Program-made: the position numbers and the translations under genes
Assembly: GCF_026571515.1 (NCBI RefSeq)
Contig: NW_026852812.1
Location: 126,256 to 190,255 of the forward strand
Length of the DNA stretch: 64,000 bases
Direction of reading: 5' to 3'
From: Ruditapes philippinarum
Taxonomy: Eukaryota
The notes under the pieces: model-generated
What the model was told of the DNA's origin: nothing
Databases searched by the model: none
What the model saw: the letters and a program-made list of their open reading frames with translations, nothing else
Shown: positions 42,282 to 55,208 of the stretch, one piece after another
How the letters are laid out: every line of letters starts with the position of its first letter
Numbering within the stretch: the stretch's first letter is position 1

Positions 42282-43712
42282 GTAAGCAATGCATTTTGTG
42301 AATGAGAAAATAATCAAAGTCTAGGTCTCGGCTTAAATTGCTACCTTTTATTTCACTTTTGTAGAAATTGCCATGTTCCAACATATTTTATGCAATTTTG
42401 CCGACTTTGGTTGGTGCCTGTCCCAAATCATCAACAAGAACAATTTCTTAAAATTATCGACAAAACTGCTGTATTTATGCAGTCATATTATGATAAACAC
42501 TATTGTTTGTTTTATTTAAAATTTGTATTGGTCTCAATTCAAGATTGTTATTTTTTAGATCAGCTGGATTGAAACATTTCATATTCAATTTCTGACATAT
42601 TAATCCCTATCCCTTATCTCGCTGAATTTGTGTAATGGATTTGCCCTGCTTTGAATTCAGAATAGTCCATTCGAATTAAAGGGATTTCAGTAGCAAAATA
42701 AACGAAATATGAGATACCGGCAGTATAGAGTCTTGTCAGACTATCCTGGGGGCAAAGTTCAATCACTTCTAGTACTTGTTGTTGTCTATGCTAAATGGGA
42801 GTCCATCCGTCATTTCAGGCACTGTAAGTACGGAACCAACAGGTTAAGGTTTAAAGGTCCTAAATCCTAAAAGCATAAATTTGATAATCTTACAAAGATC
42901 AACTGGGGCACTTGAAACTAATAAATATGAAAAGAAATATTCCCAGAAATGTATTGAAATTTAATATTTAGTTTGATTCTTAGCCCAAATTTAATTAACA
43001 GCATTTGAAGGCTTCATTTTTAGGTCCATTTGCACATAAAAATAATTATTAGTCAGGAAGAACGGAGGAGTTAATGATCTGAAATTTGTCAGGTTTTTGG
43101 TATAGACCTACATTAAATACATGTCTAAATCTTGAAGAAAAAAATATTTCCAGTCATGTCATGTGCAGACAAGAGGAGGGAGTGCCTTTAAAGCCATCTT
43201 ATAATCTAACTGATTTATGTACATGCATGTACATTTATTTGCCTGAACTGGTGAAAAGGCTGAAATTGAGTGTCTCTCTATTGAAAATAGATAGCACAAA
43301 AATAGGAACTTTCTTGCAAATTACAAATTTAGTAATATCAACTAATTGCAAAATAAAAATGCAAGAAATTGGAGTTCTGGTTTCAGATAGCATTTCCTTG
43401 TTGCTATGATGAATTGAAATAAATTACAATGTAGTAATGTCAGAGATATATATATATATATATTATATACCTTATTGGAGGGGCTATAGCTTTTATTGGA
43501 ACACACACAAAGATATATTGGTCTTTGCAGAAGTAGAAAGTTTTATTTGTTGTTGAAGTCTGAAGAAATATGACCATATTTGTCTATTTTCAGTAATGCA
43601 AGAAATATTACTGCAGTGTTTTTGTGTAAATATAAAGATACAAACTAAATATAAAGATACATGGTAACAAGGCGTCATTCGTTTTTTACGTTACATTTTG
43701 TCTCTATTTTAG

Positions 43713-43824
43713 ACATGCAAGGAAATATTTTAGCAATCAAGTTGAAGATCAACACCTGGGTGAGATTCAGAGAGTTATGGGATTGCTGGCATTTTCATCA
43801 GACACACTCATTTCACCATATAAG
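43713..43824 (+). CDS. MAEA: MAEA exon 6, phase 2 to 0.
   Basis: Translation (R)[37 protein letters not shown] matches human [37 protein letters not shown]. The acceptor is ctattttag and the donor is gtacac. Confidence 0.9.
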
Positions 43825-43840
43825 GTACACAATATCTTAC

Positions 43841-43990
43841 CTCTCTGGCGTGGGTTCGATCCCCTGGAGATGCTTTGGTAGTTTAGCACGGAGGAAGGTA
43901 GTCTAGTACTGGTGTAACTCTCCAGGAACGATGGTTAGGAAACTACCCGCCTATATGACTGAAATACTGTTGGGAAAAGGCGTAAAATGA
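43841..43990 (+). repeat. tRNA-like SINE fragment (tctggcgtgggttcgatcccctgg...) immediately 3' of the MAEA exon 6 donor.
   Basis: It has a T-arm-like GGTTCGATCC motif, no complete cloverleaf and no acceptor stem. Confidence 0.4.
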
Positions 43991-44426
43991 AACAAACAAA
44001 CAAATAATATCTTGTTTTAACATCTACCTATAACTCAGGGCTTTTAAATTTGATAAAAAAGGCCATTTCCTACATAACATAATTATGTAAGACATTATAC
44101 GTGTGTAAGAACCTTTGAGAAAGGAAGAGAAAGGAAGAGAAATTACCAAAAGTAACCAGTTGGCCTTTAACATAATGTATGAAATTTAACACTGTATTAA
44201 AGTCATAATGACACTCCTGGTCATTCATAAACTGTTTGGTTGGACATGAAGTGGTTATACAAAAAAAAACCTTTTTAAAAAATTTGAATGACATTGAAAA
44301 TGTCACATGATATTGACCGAAACATTTAAAAAAAAATCACTAGATTTTGGCCAGGAGTGTTTGTGTTTTACAAAGACATTCTTTTGTGTTCCTCATATAG
44401 TTTTGTGTATATTATTTTTCCTGCAG

Positions 44427-44560
44427 GAGTTATTGGACCAAGAGAGATGGATGGAGCTTGTACAACAATTCAGATATGAGAATTTCAAGTTACATCAATT
44501 AAATAATGCATCTGTCTTCACTGTCACTCTACAAGCTGGTTTGTCAGCACTTAAAACACC
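44427..44560 (+). CDS. MAEA: MAEA exon 7, phase 0 to 2.
   Basis: Translation [45 protein letters not shown] matches human [45 protein letters not shown]. The acceptor is ttttcctgcag, the donor is CC|gtatcc, and the frame comes from ORF 44307..44720. Confidence 0.92.
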
Positions 44561-44794
44561 GTATCCTTTATTCATACAAGTCATGGTAGTTTTGTTTAAA
44601 TGCATTTGTTCTTGCTTGATTGTGAAGAAAAAGTTTGAATGTTACCCGAACTACTTTCAAGTCTGCTTCTTTGAACTAATCACTACTGGTGTCATATGTG
44701 GAATCAAGGTTATGACTTAAGGAGAGTTCAAACACACGATCTGTGTGTTGAGAACACTGTTTACTCTCTGTCTTTTCTAGAACTTTATTGTCAG

Positions 44795-45535
44795 TAAATC
44801 AAAGTGTCAGAGCAAATATAATATTGTCAGTGCAAGAATTGTATTGTCAGTGCAAGAATTGTATTGTCAGTGCAAGTATGGACCATTCCGGTTTTTCGTA
44901 GCGGAACATTTAGCCACACCTTTTCCATTCATTGCTAGGTCAACTGCTCACAAACAGTATCACAAACAAAACCATGTGTTCTTTTGTGCAAACCAGGTCA
45001 ACCAGTGACTATGTATTATCTCAGTGTAGTAATTGGATATCAAGTTAGCCAATTTCTATAAATCTGTAAACACTGGAAAGGTCCATTGTATTGTTAGTGC
45101 AATAATTGTATTGACAGTGAAAGAATTGTATTGACAGTGAAAGAATTGTATTGTCAGTGCAATAATTGTATTGTCAGTGCAATAATTGTATTGACAGTGA
45201 AAGAATTGTATTGACAGTGAAAGAATTGTATTGACAGTGCAAGATCTGTAATGTCAGTGAAAGAATTGTATTGTCAGTGCAAAGAATTGTGAAAGAATTG
45301 TATTGTCAGTGCAAGATCTGTAATGTCAGTGAAAGAATTGTATTGTCAGTGCAAGAGCTGTAATGTCAGTGAAAGAATTGTATTGTCAGTGCAAGATCTG
45401 TAATGTCAGTGAAAGAATTGTATTGTCAGTGCAAGATCTGTAATGTCAGTGAAAGAATTGTATTGTCAGTGCAAGAATCGTAATGTCAGTGTAAGTATTG
45501 TATTGTCAGTGAAAGAATCGTACTATCAAAAGTAT
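44795..45535. repeat. Minisatellite with a 20-bp unit (attgtattgtcagtgcaaga and variants) in about 36 copies. It lies in MAEA intron 7 and ends about 60 bp before the exon 8 acceptor.
   Basis: Direct visual periodicity. Variant units include gaaagaattgtattgacagt and gcaagatctgtaatgtcagt. Confidence 0.9.
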
Positions 45536-45593
45536 GTTTGAGTTTATGCAAGCTTTTTAATAGCTTATTAAATTCCTTTACATCAATCATCAG

Positions 45594-45789
45594 ATACTGT
45601 TACAAAACTGAGGGTAACAGTAAGAATGCTGAATGTCCGGTTTGTAGCCGGAACCTAAACAAACTAGGTCAGCACCTGCCATACGCTCACTGTGCTAATT
45701 CCAAATTGATATGTCATATCAGCGGTCAAGCTTTGAATGAGCATAACCCACCTATGATGTTACCAAACGGATATGTATACGGTTGTAAT
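45594..45789 (+). CDS. MAEA: MAEA exon 8, covering the RING-Gid-type zinc-finger region, phase 2 to 0.
   Basis: Translation [65 protein letters not shown] matches human [65 protein letters not shown]. The acceptor is caatcatcag, the donor is gtaagtg, and the frame comes from ORF 45538..45882. Confidence 0.93.
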
Positions 45790-46596
45790 GTAAGTGTAAA
45801 CATTATTGTAATTCTTAAAATTCAACAAAATGGTATAATATTAAAGTTGCACGCCTTCAGCAAATACGGTATATTTCGATGAAAATCAAACCTAAGAAAA
45901 ATGTAGTAAAGTTTTTAGGAAAGGTATAAAGATTAAAAATTCTAGCAATACTTTACATGTTATGTGCGATTAACGACCGATTTTTCAGTATTCATAACTA
46001 TATTAATTACGCACTAAGGGCTATTTTTGCATATTGTGACCTCTTTATTGTAATTAACATGGGTTGTAAGTGCAATTGATGATGTGAAAGTTGTATTCTT
46101 TTGTAACTTCACAATATAATACTGTTAAATACATTTTCAAATTTTCATGAAATAAGCATGAATCTGGAGGCGTGCTGCTTTAAAGAAACAAAGTATAAAA
46201 ACATTCACATTTTGGCTCTATAATCTAAATGTCTCCTATTTATGTTGAGTTATGCATTATTTTAGAAGATATATCTTTTCAGGCATACAATGTCCATCTT
46301 TGTTTACTGTATGTAGCATTATTGATTACTACAGTAGTTAAACACTACATTGTACATAATTAAAAAAAAAACCAATCTATTTTATTGTAATAGATGTATA
46401 TAATCTATAATACAAACATGAACAAAGTATGATGTGAGAGCCTTTCAATTTAAACCGCAAAATAAAACGGAAGCATAATAGCTGAACTGTATTTTATTCA
46501 CTATTTTATAAGTTATCCTGTGCACTTAATATAGTTATGATTTTGATTTAATATTTCTATGATTATTTCAATCTTATTTTTGTTTGTAAATTACAG

Positions 46597-46698
46597 GCCC
46601 TCGAGGAGATGGCTGCAAGGAACGAGGGTAATGTTTTCTGCCCTCGAGGGAAAGAGGCTTTCCATATTGAAAAAGCAGAAAAAGTTTTTGTGATGTGA
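46597..46698 (+). CDS. MAEA: MAEA terminal exon 9, including the TGA stop.
   Basis: Translation ALEEMAARNEGNVFCPRGKEAFHIEKAEKVFVM* matches human [30 protein letters not shown]. The acceptor is gtaaattacag, and an AATAAA lies about 150 nt downstream. Confidence 0.88.
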   Translation, partial: ALEEMAARNEGNVFCPRGKEAFHIEKAEKVFVM

Positions 46699-46848
46699 TC
46701 CTGGACTATATCAGATCTCTATGATACAAATTTAAGATATATGTTTGTTTAAAATAGAAAACACATGATCTTAAAAGATGAGATTATATAATTTTTGTGG
46801 GTTTTGACAGATTGGAAATTTATACTGTTTCCTTATTTTTTATTTTAA

Positions 46849-46854
46849 AATAAA
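46849..46854 (+). terminator. MAEA: AATAAA polyadenylation signal, probably for MAEA.
   Basis: aataaagc is seen about 150 nt 3' of the MAEA stop codon. No further MAEA-like coding sequence lies downstream. Confidence 0.5.
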
Positions 46855-48103
46855 GCTTGTTTTGCAAATATAGTTTTTAAACAAAGAAAATATAAATTGA
46901 TCAATTAAAAAAACTGGGGGTTTTTACCAAAAGTAATTTTTACAACTATTTTTTTGAAGGTTTTTTTTTGTACCAAAAATAAGGCATTAAAAAGGATGTG
47001 ATTTTTTAAAAAAAGGTACCCCAAAATCAGTTTTTTTTTACCTAAACTTTAGATATGATATTAAGCAAAAATTCTACTTTTAATTCAAACTTGGATTTGT
47101 AATGAAAATTTATGTGTGATCTGATTAAATAGGCAGTCATATGAAGAAAAAAGTACAAGTAGAAGAAGTTTGCATACAATTTTTGTTTATTTTACTGACA
47201 ATTTTCCTTTTTTCACAACAGGTCTTTAGTTTTTGTTTTTTGTTGTTTTTTTTGTTCAATACTAAAAAAGTTCTGTTTAAAACAGGCATTATACTGCAAA
47301 ATCATTATTATTCATGGGGCACTAATTTTCGTGGTTTTTCATAGATAGGTCAGTCCACTACTTTATGATCCAACAAAATTTTATTTTGTCTGCTATAATA
47401 TTATTTGCATTACATTATATTTATTTTACGTTTTGGAAAAAATAGACAATCCAAGAATTTAAGAACTCACGAAAATTTTTCCTATGTGGACAAAAACCAG
47501 CGAAATTTCATGCCCACCGAAAATTAAAGTGAATTTACAGTAATGTGAACGCATTTTGTATTTAATTCTTGGACCAGATGTGAGATTTGAAAATTGTTGA
47601 ATAAGGACAAGCAATTTGCTATAAGACAATTGGGGAAAGTATTTTAAGTTGTAATTGGTGAGGAGTTGGAATGCTTGAGAAGTATAAAATTTTTGTGTTC
47701 ACTTTATACTCCAATGAGGAAAGTGATATCATATGTAAATATGATAGCTCAGTTTTCCAGTCATTGTGTGAATCTTTTATCATTGCTTAAATTAAATAGC
47801 CATAGCAATGATACATGTTAATTAATTTAGATCATGTAATTAAGGATGATAATCATTATTGTTTTCAGTTTTTAAATCATATCATGCAAATATATTAGGA
47901 TTGTTTCAAGGTATTTATCTAGAAAGCATGAGTGCTGCAATATTTGGAGAAACATAATATACAATGTATACGTTGTATAAAAAATTTAAAGAATCATGTG
48001 CACAAATTTGGTTTTAAGAAAGTCATATGATTCTGAATACATTAGTTCTTATTATGTTATTTCTTGAAACTTGAATGCAACAGTTTCAGTAGTACCTAAA
48101 AAT

Positions 48104-49680
48104 ATTTGAGCGGCGCCATGACAAAACCAACATAATGGGTTTGCAACCAGCATGGATCCAGACCAGCCTGCAGTCTGATCAGGATCCATGCTGTCCGCTA
48201 TCAGTTTCTCTACTTGTTATAGGGTTTGTAAGCGAACAGAATGGATCCCGATCAGACTGCACGGATGCACAAGCTGATCTCGGTACAAGTCAACCCGGCC
48301 CCAAGTCAATCCGGCCCCAAGTCAGCCCGGCCTCAAATTGGTCAACCCGGCCCCAAACCAATGTTATTTCTGGTCAACCCGGCCCCATTTTTTTATTATT
48401 TATTTTGCTTTAAAATATAAACACTTATCAAGAAATAAAATAAAAATTAACAACAAAAACAACAACCGATGATATCTTTTATTATTTATTTTATATAAAA
48501 ACTAGCAATATTAACAATCAAGCAACACATGCATAGTTTACTGTTTTTACCGTCGCGAAAATAAGGTGACGTCTGTCTTTAACCTTAACATCTCAACGAT
48601 AGAAGTATTACGAAAAAACTTAACTTTTTTTATTGACATATCATTGAAAAGAAACCTTAATGTGTTCAAATCATTACTGTGTTATTGTATGTTAAAAAAA
48701 GAAATGACGAAAAGCACACGTTAAAAAGTGTTTCCGATTAACAGTTTTTAAGTTTAATGATTCATTATGAGATTGAGCCATCTATCAAAAGGTATCGGCA
48801 GGTCACTGCCCCTGTCTGTCACGCACAATATATCCACCAAGTCCAAATACAGTTATCCGTCAATAATGACAGTTAAAGTGCATGAAACACAAAACACTAT
48901 CAATTTTTTCAAACACTTATTTAATAATTTTCAATACTTTTTTTACACAGTTTAAATAATTCTTTGAAAAAAAGTTAATAAAAAACAAACAAATAATTAA
49001 TTAAACTGAATGAACGTATTCAATAAACATTCAAATGAACTGAAATAAAGATTGTTGGAAACTTAATTTTATACCATACATTGTAATATAACTCCGTGGG
49101 TTAACACTCACGAAACCCTCTTTAATTTACATCGAATAAAGACATGGGAAAGATACTACCAACTTATTTAAAAAGGGGGATTTTGTTTTCATAGCTACCT
49201 TTTAAACTGTTTGATTATCACATCTGAAATAATGTTGATGTATATATAATTGTTGAGTTATATAATTATTCATTATCTGTATTGCATATTAAAGTCTTAA
49301 TCTGCGCAATTAAATTTACCGACACTTTTATGCCAGTTCATGTTTTTTAACTATTGTTCTATAGTTAATAATATTCAATTAATAATAAATCATTTTATTC
49401 CATCATACAACAAAATGACCTGAATAGTTTTCTTTGAAAATATATATTTTGGGGCCGGCATGACCGATTTTTGGGCCCCACTGACCAATTTTGGGGCCGC
49501 ATTGACCAAATAAAAATACTGTGGGGCCGGATTGACCAATCTTGGGGCCGGGTTGACCAATTTTGAGGCCGGGTTGACTTGGGGCCGGGTTAACTTGGGG
49601 CCGGGTTGACTGTAATTCGCTGATCCGGATCTATGCTGGTCACAAACGCATTATTTTGGTTTTGTCATGGCGGAGCTCAA
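48104..49680. mobile_element. Expanded copy of MITE family A, a roughly 1.6 kb foldback. The same TIRs flank internal inverted arrays of short GC-rich repeats and an AT-rich core.
   Basis: The left end is tgagcggcgccatgacaaaaccaacataatgggtttgcaaccagcatggatccagacc and the right end is the mirror ..ggatctatgctggtcacaaacgcattattttggttttgtcatggcggagctca. Inside are (caacccggccccaagt)n at 48285-48380 and the inverted (ggggccgggttgac)n at 49455-49615. ORF 48135..48413 is an artefact. Confidence 0.8.
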
Positions 49681-52600
49681 ATTCTTAAACTTCTGACAGC
49701 CTATACCTCAGGCATAATGCCATCTTGTCTGACCAGGCTTTTCAAGTTCATCATTCGGATATTGAAATCCCTTTAATGTATGTGGGACAGTCCAAAAAAA
49801 CAATGTAGAGCATTTCCATTATACAAAGTCAGTGAGTTTAAATTAGATCATGACAAGTTTTAAAACCATTTCATTCCATTTAACAGGGCTTTTTAAGTGT
49901 TTGCCTATTCATGTATTGAATTTAATGCAAGTTAATTAAAAGGTTCAAACATGTCAACAGTTCCTACATTTATGTACACAAAGAATTAAAAAATTAAAGA
50001 ATATTGGAAAGTTGCATTTCCTTGAGAGGTGAATGTCACTGATTTCATGTTTCAGTGGAAACTTTGAGAAGAAATTAAAAAAAATAATGTTCATTTTTCA
50101 AATAATAAGGAAGTTTACTACTTATGCCAACAAATTTTGTTTTTCTGGAAATTTAACTCTGATTGGGATATTGACTCCAATTGGGGTAATGACACCAATG
50201 TGGAAATTTATAGATTTATGCCACTAGAACCCCTTTGTGGCTCAGGGGTTGCCTTTGAGGGTTGAGACATCAGAATTGCAGCCACCATTTATCCTGGGTT
50301 GATCATAAGAGGCTGCTAAATGAGATTGAACTCCTGGAGTCTATGCATCTTTTAGCTCCAGCAGGTGAGGTAGTTTTGACCCCTGGTTTTAACACCCGAA
50401 GTTAGCCAAAACAGTATTTCCTGTTTCAGCACCATATGATCTAAATTGTGTTGGATGAGCCGTAAAACCAAACACAACATAAAAAGAACAGAGCTGTCCA
50501 GCTCATTTTTTAAGTCTGTTCAGATTATAGTTGTTGTTTTCAGTATTTTTAAACTGAAATCCTTTAGTTTGAAAATTAAAGCTGTACAAATCAGTTTTCA
50601 AATTAAGTGATAAATTATATGAAGGAAGTAATGCATAAATAATTAATATATACATGTTCTCAAATGTATGAAAGGACATATAAGTTTAATATGTATTATA
50701 CACAAACACTTATATATTATATTAAATCTCATGCTAATCTACCTCAAAGTAGCCTAGTAATGTATATGTATGTGTCTCATTAACAAACATTCTTGTGTTG
50801 TTTTTTGGGAGATTGGGGGATTTTTTTTATTACACACTATCTGGCCACTACTGGTACGAAATCAAAGAACTTTTGTCCAGTTACTGATTATTGGCTATAT
50901 TGATAATAATGGCCTAATCACTGATTTACTGATAGCAAATTATAAGTAAGTGTTTAGAATAATAAGTTTATTAACGGTGTAATTATGTCAAAGTTCTGGT
51001 ATAAAACAAGGGGATAGCTCTTTGCTTAGATTGTTTTGTGTTATATATCATTTGTATGTAAAGAAAAGTACAAATATATTAGAATCTAACTGTAAGATTT
51101 TGTCTCTTTTTCTTTAGATAGTTGTAAAGTTTTTTTTTTGCAAATGATATCCATTAGTTTTGTTTTCATAAGTTGTTATAGAGTGAGTGCATAACGAAAA
51201 TAGTTATGGTGATTAATATTTTTTATTCACATAATCAAAAACTGTGTGTTATCAATAATTATTGTGCATGCCCTATGTATATAATCCATTGTTAACAATG
51301 TTTTTGTTTTTAAAGAAATTTTGTGTTAATGTTTAGTTAATAAGGAATGTCTCTTTAAATTCAAAAAATTTTTTTAACAGTTCTACTATTGTCCATCCAA
51401 ATGTCTATGAATTTTTCTTTATTGCTTGTGAGATACAATGCCTATTTATTCATTAAAAAATGAACAACTGTATAAAGTGCCATATTTAGAGTTTTGTAAG
51501 TAAGTGTGTGATGTGGTTGAGTAGTATAATATATGGTTTCTTATATTTCAATCAAGAAGTTTAAAATCAAGAAGTTTAATAAAATACCAAACACCAAAAC
51601 AATAACAGATCAGATTCAAATGTTGTTGTTATGCTTTTTACCAGACAATGATTTATTTTTCCAACAGATATTATTTTTACCAGTTCATTTCTCCCTTTGG
51701 GAGATAAAAATTTTCGATGTTAAAAAGGGGTGTTGTTCAAAAGATAGTAAATTTTATTGTGAATACTACTTTGGAAAAGAAAAAGATTAATACAATTATT
51801 GTAAAGAGGTGATTGCTGTATAAAATGTCCTTTTAGTCCAACATTGATGTGAAAAGACAAAGTATGTGAGATTGAATAGGGGCAATCTTGTTAGGGCATT
51901 ATTATTCTTGTGTTTCGTTCAGGATAACATGATTTTTTTATATTTTTTTTTTTCATAAAAATATTTCAGTGTGTGACACTGTGTGTACTATGTTATTAGT
52001 TGTATATTTTGTAAATCCGCTATTTTTTTTTTTTTTTTTTTTACCTTAGGAAAAGAAAAAAGCATGGAAGTGCTATAAGCTGGTGAAGTTAACCACTTAA
52101 ATAGATTTCATTAATGCCCTTCATTTATTTTGTATGTTTGAAGCTAAGAGTAATGAATGAAAACGATGACAGAAACACCGAATTTATAAAACATAGCTGT
52201 GTAAAATCCAGTGTGATGTCTCGGATCAAATATGGGCCAAGAAATATTCTGCTCTCCTCAATGAGATCTACATCCACATATTAAACTACAAATTGATACC
52301 TCCTACTTTGAGTATTTCTCCCACAAGCAAAACCATAGGTCAGACAGACAGACAGACATACAGTAATGTTCTCCCTAGTTTTCTTATGATCCATTTAGAG
52401 ATTTTTACTTTTACAAATAGGCTTATCTTATCAAAGATTTTAGTTCTGTTTTTGTTTGGTTCTATTTTTTGTCCAGCATCTTCCCATTTAGATTTGAATG
52501 CTGTTCTAAGTTCTTTACCTACTTTCTAATTTCTACCATTTCCTTTCTAGATATACATGTACATTATACTATATATGTATATTCTTCTCTGTATGCCTGA

Positions 52601-53189
52601 TCCAACTTTTGTTTCATCATATTTCTTTCTGCAACAGCTCTTTTCTTTCCTTCCTCTAAACTAAATTTTCCTGATCTCTGTATAAGAGTCTTTCACTTAG
52701 GTTACCATGTCAACTTGTGGAATACAATTTAATGGCTGAATATATTCATTTGCATATTCTCAGTTGTGTTCGTAACCACTTGCAAGGAAATAAATTTTTC
52801 TGTCTAATGTGTGTCAATCTGATTTTATGTTCTGTTATACGGTTGCATTTCCATAGTCTTTCGTGCTTTTTCATTTACAAAGAAAAGTTGAATACATTAA
52901 CTTGGAAGAGTGTAAATTTGTTTTTCCTCATTTGCTTGTTAAAACTAATAAAGAAAAAGTAAAATTGATTATTTTAATGTTTTTGTTTTCATTTTATGCT
53001 GTATCCTTTGTATTACTAAAAAGCATCTACTAAATCAGAGGATGGCGATTTTGGAATTATATAAAAGTTATTTATTGATTTTGTTTGCCCTCAAGTCTAG
53101 CAAATATGTCCAAATGAACTCGGACACTTTTGAACCCATTCTGAGCAATTAGTGTCAAGGAAACCTCGACTTGCACCTGACAGGGTTTG

Positions 53190-53745
53190 AACCCATGTAA
53201 CTAGCTATCATCCTGGACATTTCACTTTGGCAATGGCTTTGGGTCTTATATTGCTGCAAAGAAGACCCTCAAAAACTAATGCAAAAACAATTTCTCAACA
53301 GAATTGAATAAATAATGTTTTAACAGTTGGCTTAAGAAAATGGTGATTTTTGCAAAAATTTATACACTTTATGTATAGAAAGAATAAAATGGCAGTCCAA
53401 AATACAACCATGCCAAGCGGAAATCTCCTGGACATTTTGGTTGGGTTAGGGCTTTGGACCTTATATTGCTGCAACCCTTAAAACTAATTTAGAAACAAAT
53501 CCACAACAGAATCAGACAAATGGTGTTATATCAGTGGGCTCAAGAGCATGGTGTTTCTTACGAAAAACTTATACACAGTAAGGAGATTCTGCTTGGAAAA
53601 GGGCTTTGGGACTTAATTTATAATGCTGTTAAGAAGAACCTTCAAACTAATGGAAAAACAAATTTGCAAATGAAATGGTGTTTGATGTTGGCTTGAGAAT
53701 ATGGTGTTTTTTTATGAAAAATTTACATTCTCCAAACATTCAAGA
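53190..53745. repeat. Tandem repeat of about 190 bp in 3 copies.
   Basis: The blocks gggctttgg(g/a)(t/c)cttatattgctgcaa...aaactaat..aaaacaa.t..caacagaat...aaat(a/g)gtgtt..(t/g)..gg(c/g)t.aaga..tggtg.ttt.....aaaa.ttatacac.. repeat starting at 53190, 53410 and 53590. Confidence 0.75.
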
Positions 53746-54181
53746 ATATTTTCTATACAAAATCAACATCTGAGCAAGTCTTTGTAGATCAAATCATTGA
53801 GTTACCACTAGAAATTTAAACTTTTTACATCAATGTTGTTTATATATTTGTTATCTCGTACCCAAAATCATCTGAACTCGTTCTTTCCTGGAGTTACTGG
53901 AATAGCCTCCTTGGTCATATCCAATCCCGAGGTCTTAATATCAAAAAATCCTATCACTATATTTTCATTTTTAATAACTTTAACTTTATCCTTTAATATT
54001 TTAACTAATACACTTATTTGTTTCAATATTTTGGACTTGTACTGTTTTTCCTTGACAGTGCCACCCAATCATAATCTAGCAGTAGCCTTCACTTACAAAG
54101 AAGAAAATTTACATTTAGTACTTTAGAGCCTGAAAAAAAACACGAAATGTTATTTAGTACTATGATACCTACACACCAAAC

Positions 54182-54235
54182 ATGGCGGCGCCCATGATTT
54201 TCGACATGGAAGTCAAAACAACCGATGCTAAAAAG
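54182..54235 (+). CDS. SMYD5: SMYD5 exon 1. It begins at the start codon, encodes MAAPMIFDMEVKTTDAKK and ends in phase 0.
   Basis: ATGGCGGCGCCC...AAAAAG|gtaata. The junction ..DAKK|GKGLFA.. corresponds to human ..VSSAKGKGLFAT. Confidence 0.75.
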
Positions 54236-54902
54236 GTAATAATAGATTTATTGGGGGATAAAGTTTAACATACTCAATGCATAGATGGATCTTATCAAGT
54301 TGACAGTGATTCGGTAAATTTTAAATTGTGTCGTTTAAATATAACATATTTTCGCGATGAAAATCTAAACCCCTTCAACAGTTCAATCATACTCCTATAT
54401 GTCTAGGGCAGTGCTTTGCTGATTATATCATCAGTAACGGTCTCTGCTTATTTAACAATAGTTTATAAGCTCTTAAGTGTGTGTTCATTGATATTCTCGG
54501 GTATTTTTGCTTTGAAAATTAACCATTGACTATACAAACTTTTATGCTCAAATTCAGCAAACCAGTTAATCTCACTTTGCTCATATTAAAAAAAAAAAAA
54601 TCTAAATTATCCATTAAAACATACGTTTTAGTATAAAAGGTACCCTCTCTGCTCATTTTTTCTGTGAAAATTTGGGATTTAGACATATACCAGTGAGGGG
54701 CATGTGATTTGAAGTCGGTGACTTTAATCACTCGGCCACTGAAGTCCCATATTTCATTGAGTATAAAATGTCTAATTTACTTTATAATTGGCTTGAAACG
54801 TAAAATTACTAGTTTCATGAAGCAAACAAAAATATTTAGCATATTGTTTTAATGAAACATGATTTATAAATTGCTTGTTTTCTAATGTTGTTGTTTAAAT
54901 AG

Positions 54903-55151
54903 GGAAAAGGGCTTTTTGCTAAGAGACAATTTAAGGAGGGAGATGTTATATTGGATGAGAGCCCAATTGTGAGTTGCCAGTTTGCATGGAATGAGTTCTA
55001 CAAGTACAAGGCCTGTGAATACTGCCTGCGCTCATTAGAGACTGCAGAGGCTATGGCTCAACGACTTACAGAAAACTACAGTCTGATATTACCACATCCT
55101 GAATGCTGTGAAGTCAGTCAAGACCAGATAGTAACATGTCCTCAATGTGGG
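54903..55151 (+). CDS. SMYD5: SMYD5 exon 2, covering the N-SET region and the first half of the MYND zinc finger.
   Basis: Translation GKGLFAKRQFKEGDVILDESPIVSCQFAWNEFYKYKACEYCLRSLETAEAMAQRLTENYSLILPHPECCEVSQDQIVTCPQCG matches human [83 protein letters not shown]. The acceptor is taaatag, the donor is gtaagaac, and the frame is checked with ORF 54951..55163. Confidence 0.9.
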
Positions 55152-55208
55152 GTAAGAACTTAAAGAATTTTTTTTGTTTCTGTTTTTTTTTCAATATTAT
55201 AATGTTAA

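Noticed and set aside
48135-48413. ORF 48135..48413(+) of 92 aa, proline- and glutamine-rich, and ORF 15191..15451(-).
   Set aside because: Both lie inside MITE family A TIR and microsatellite sequence. Their composition is driven by the (caacccggccccaagt)n repeat.
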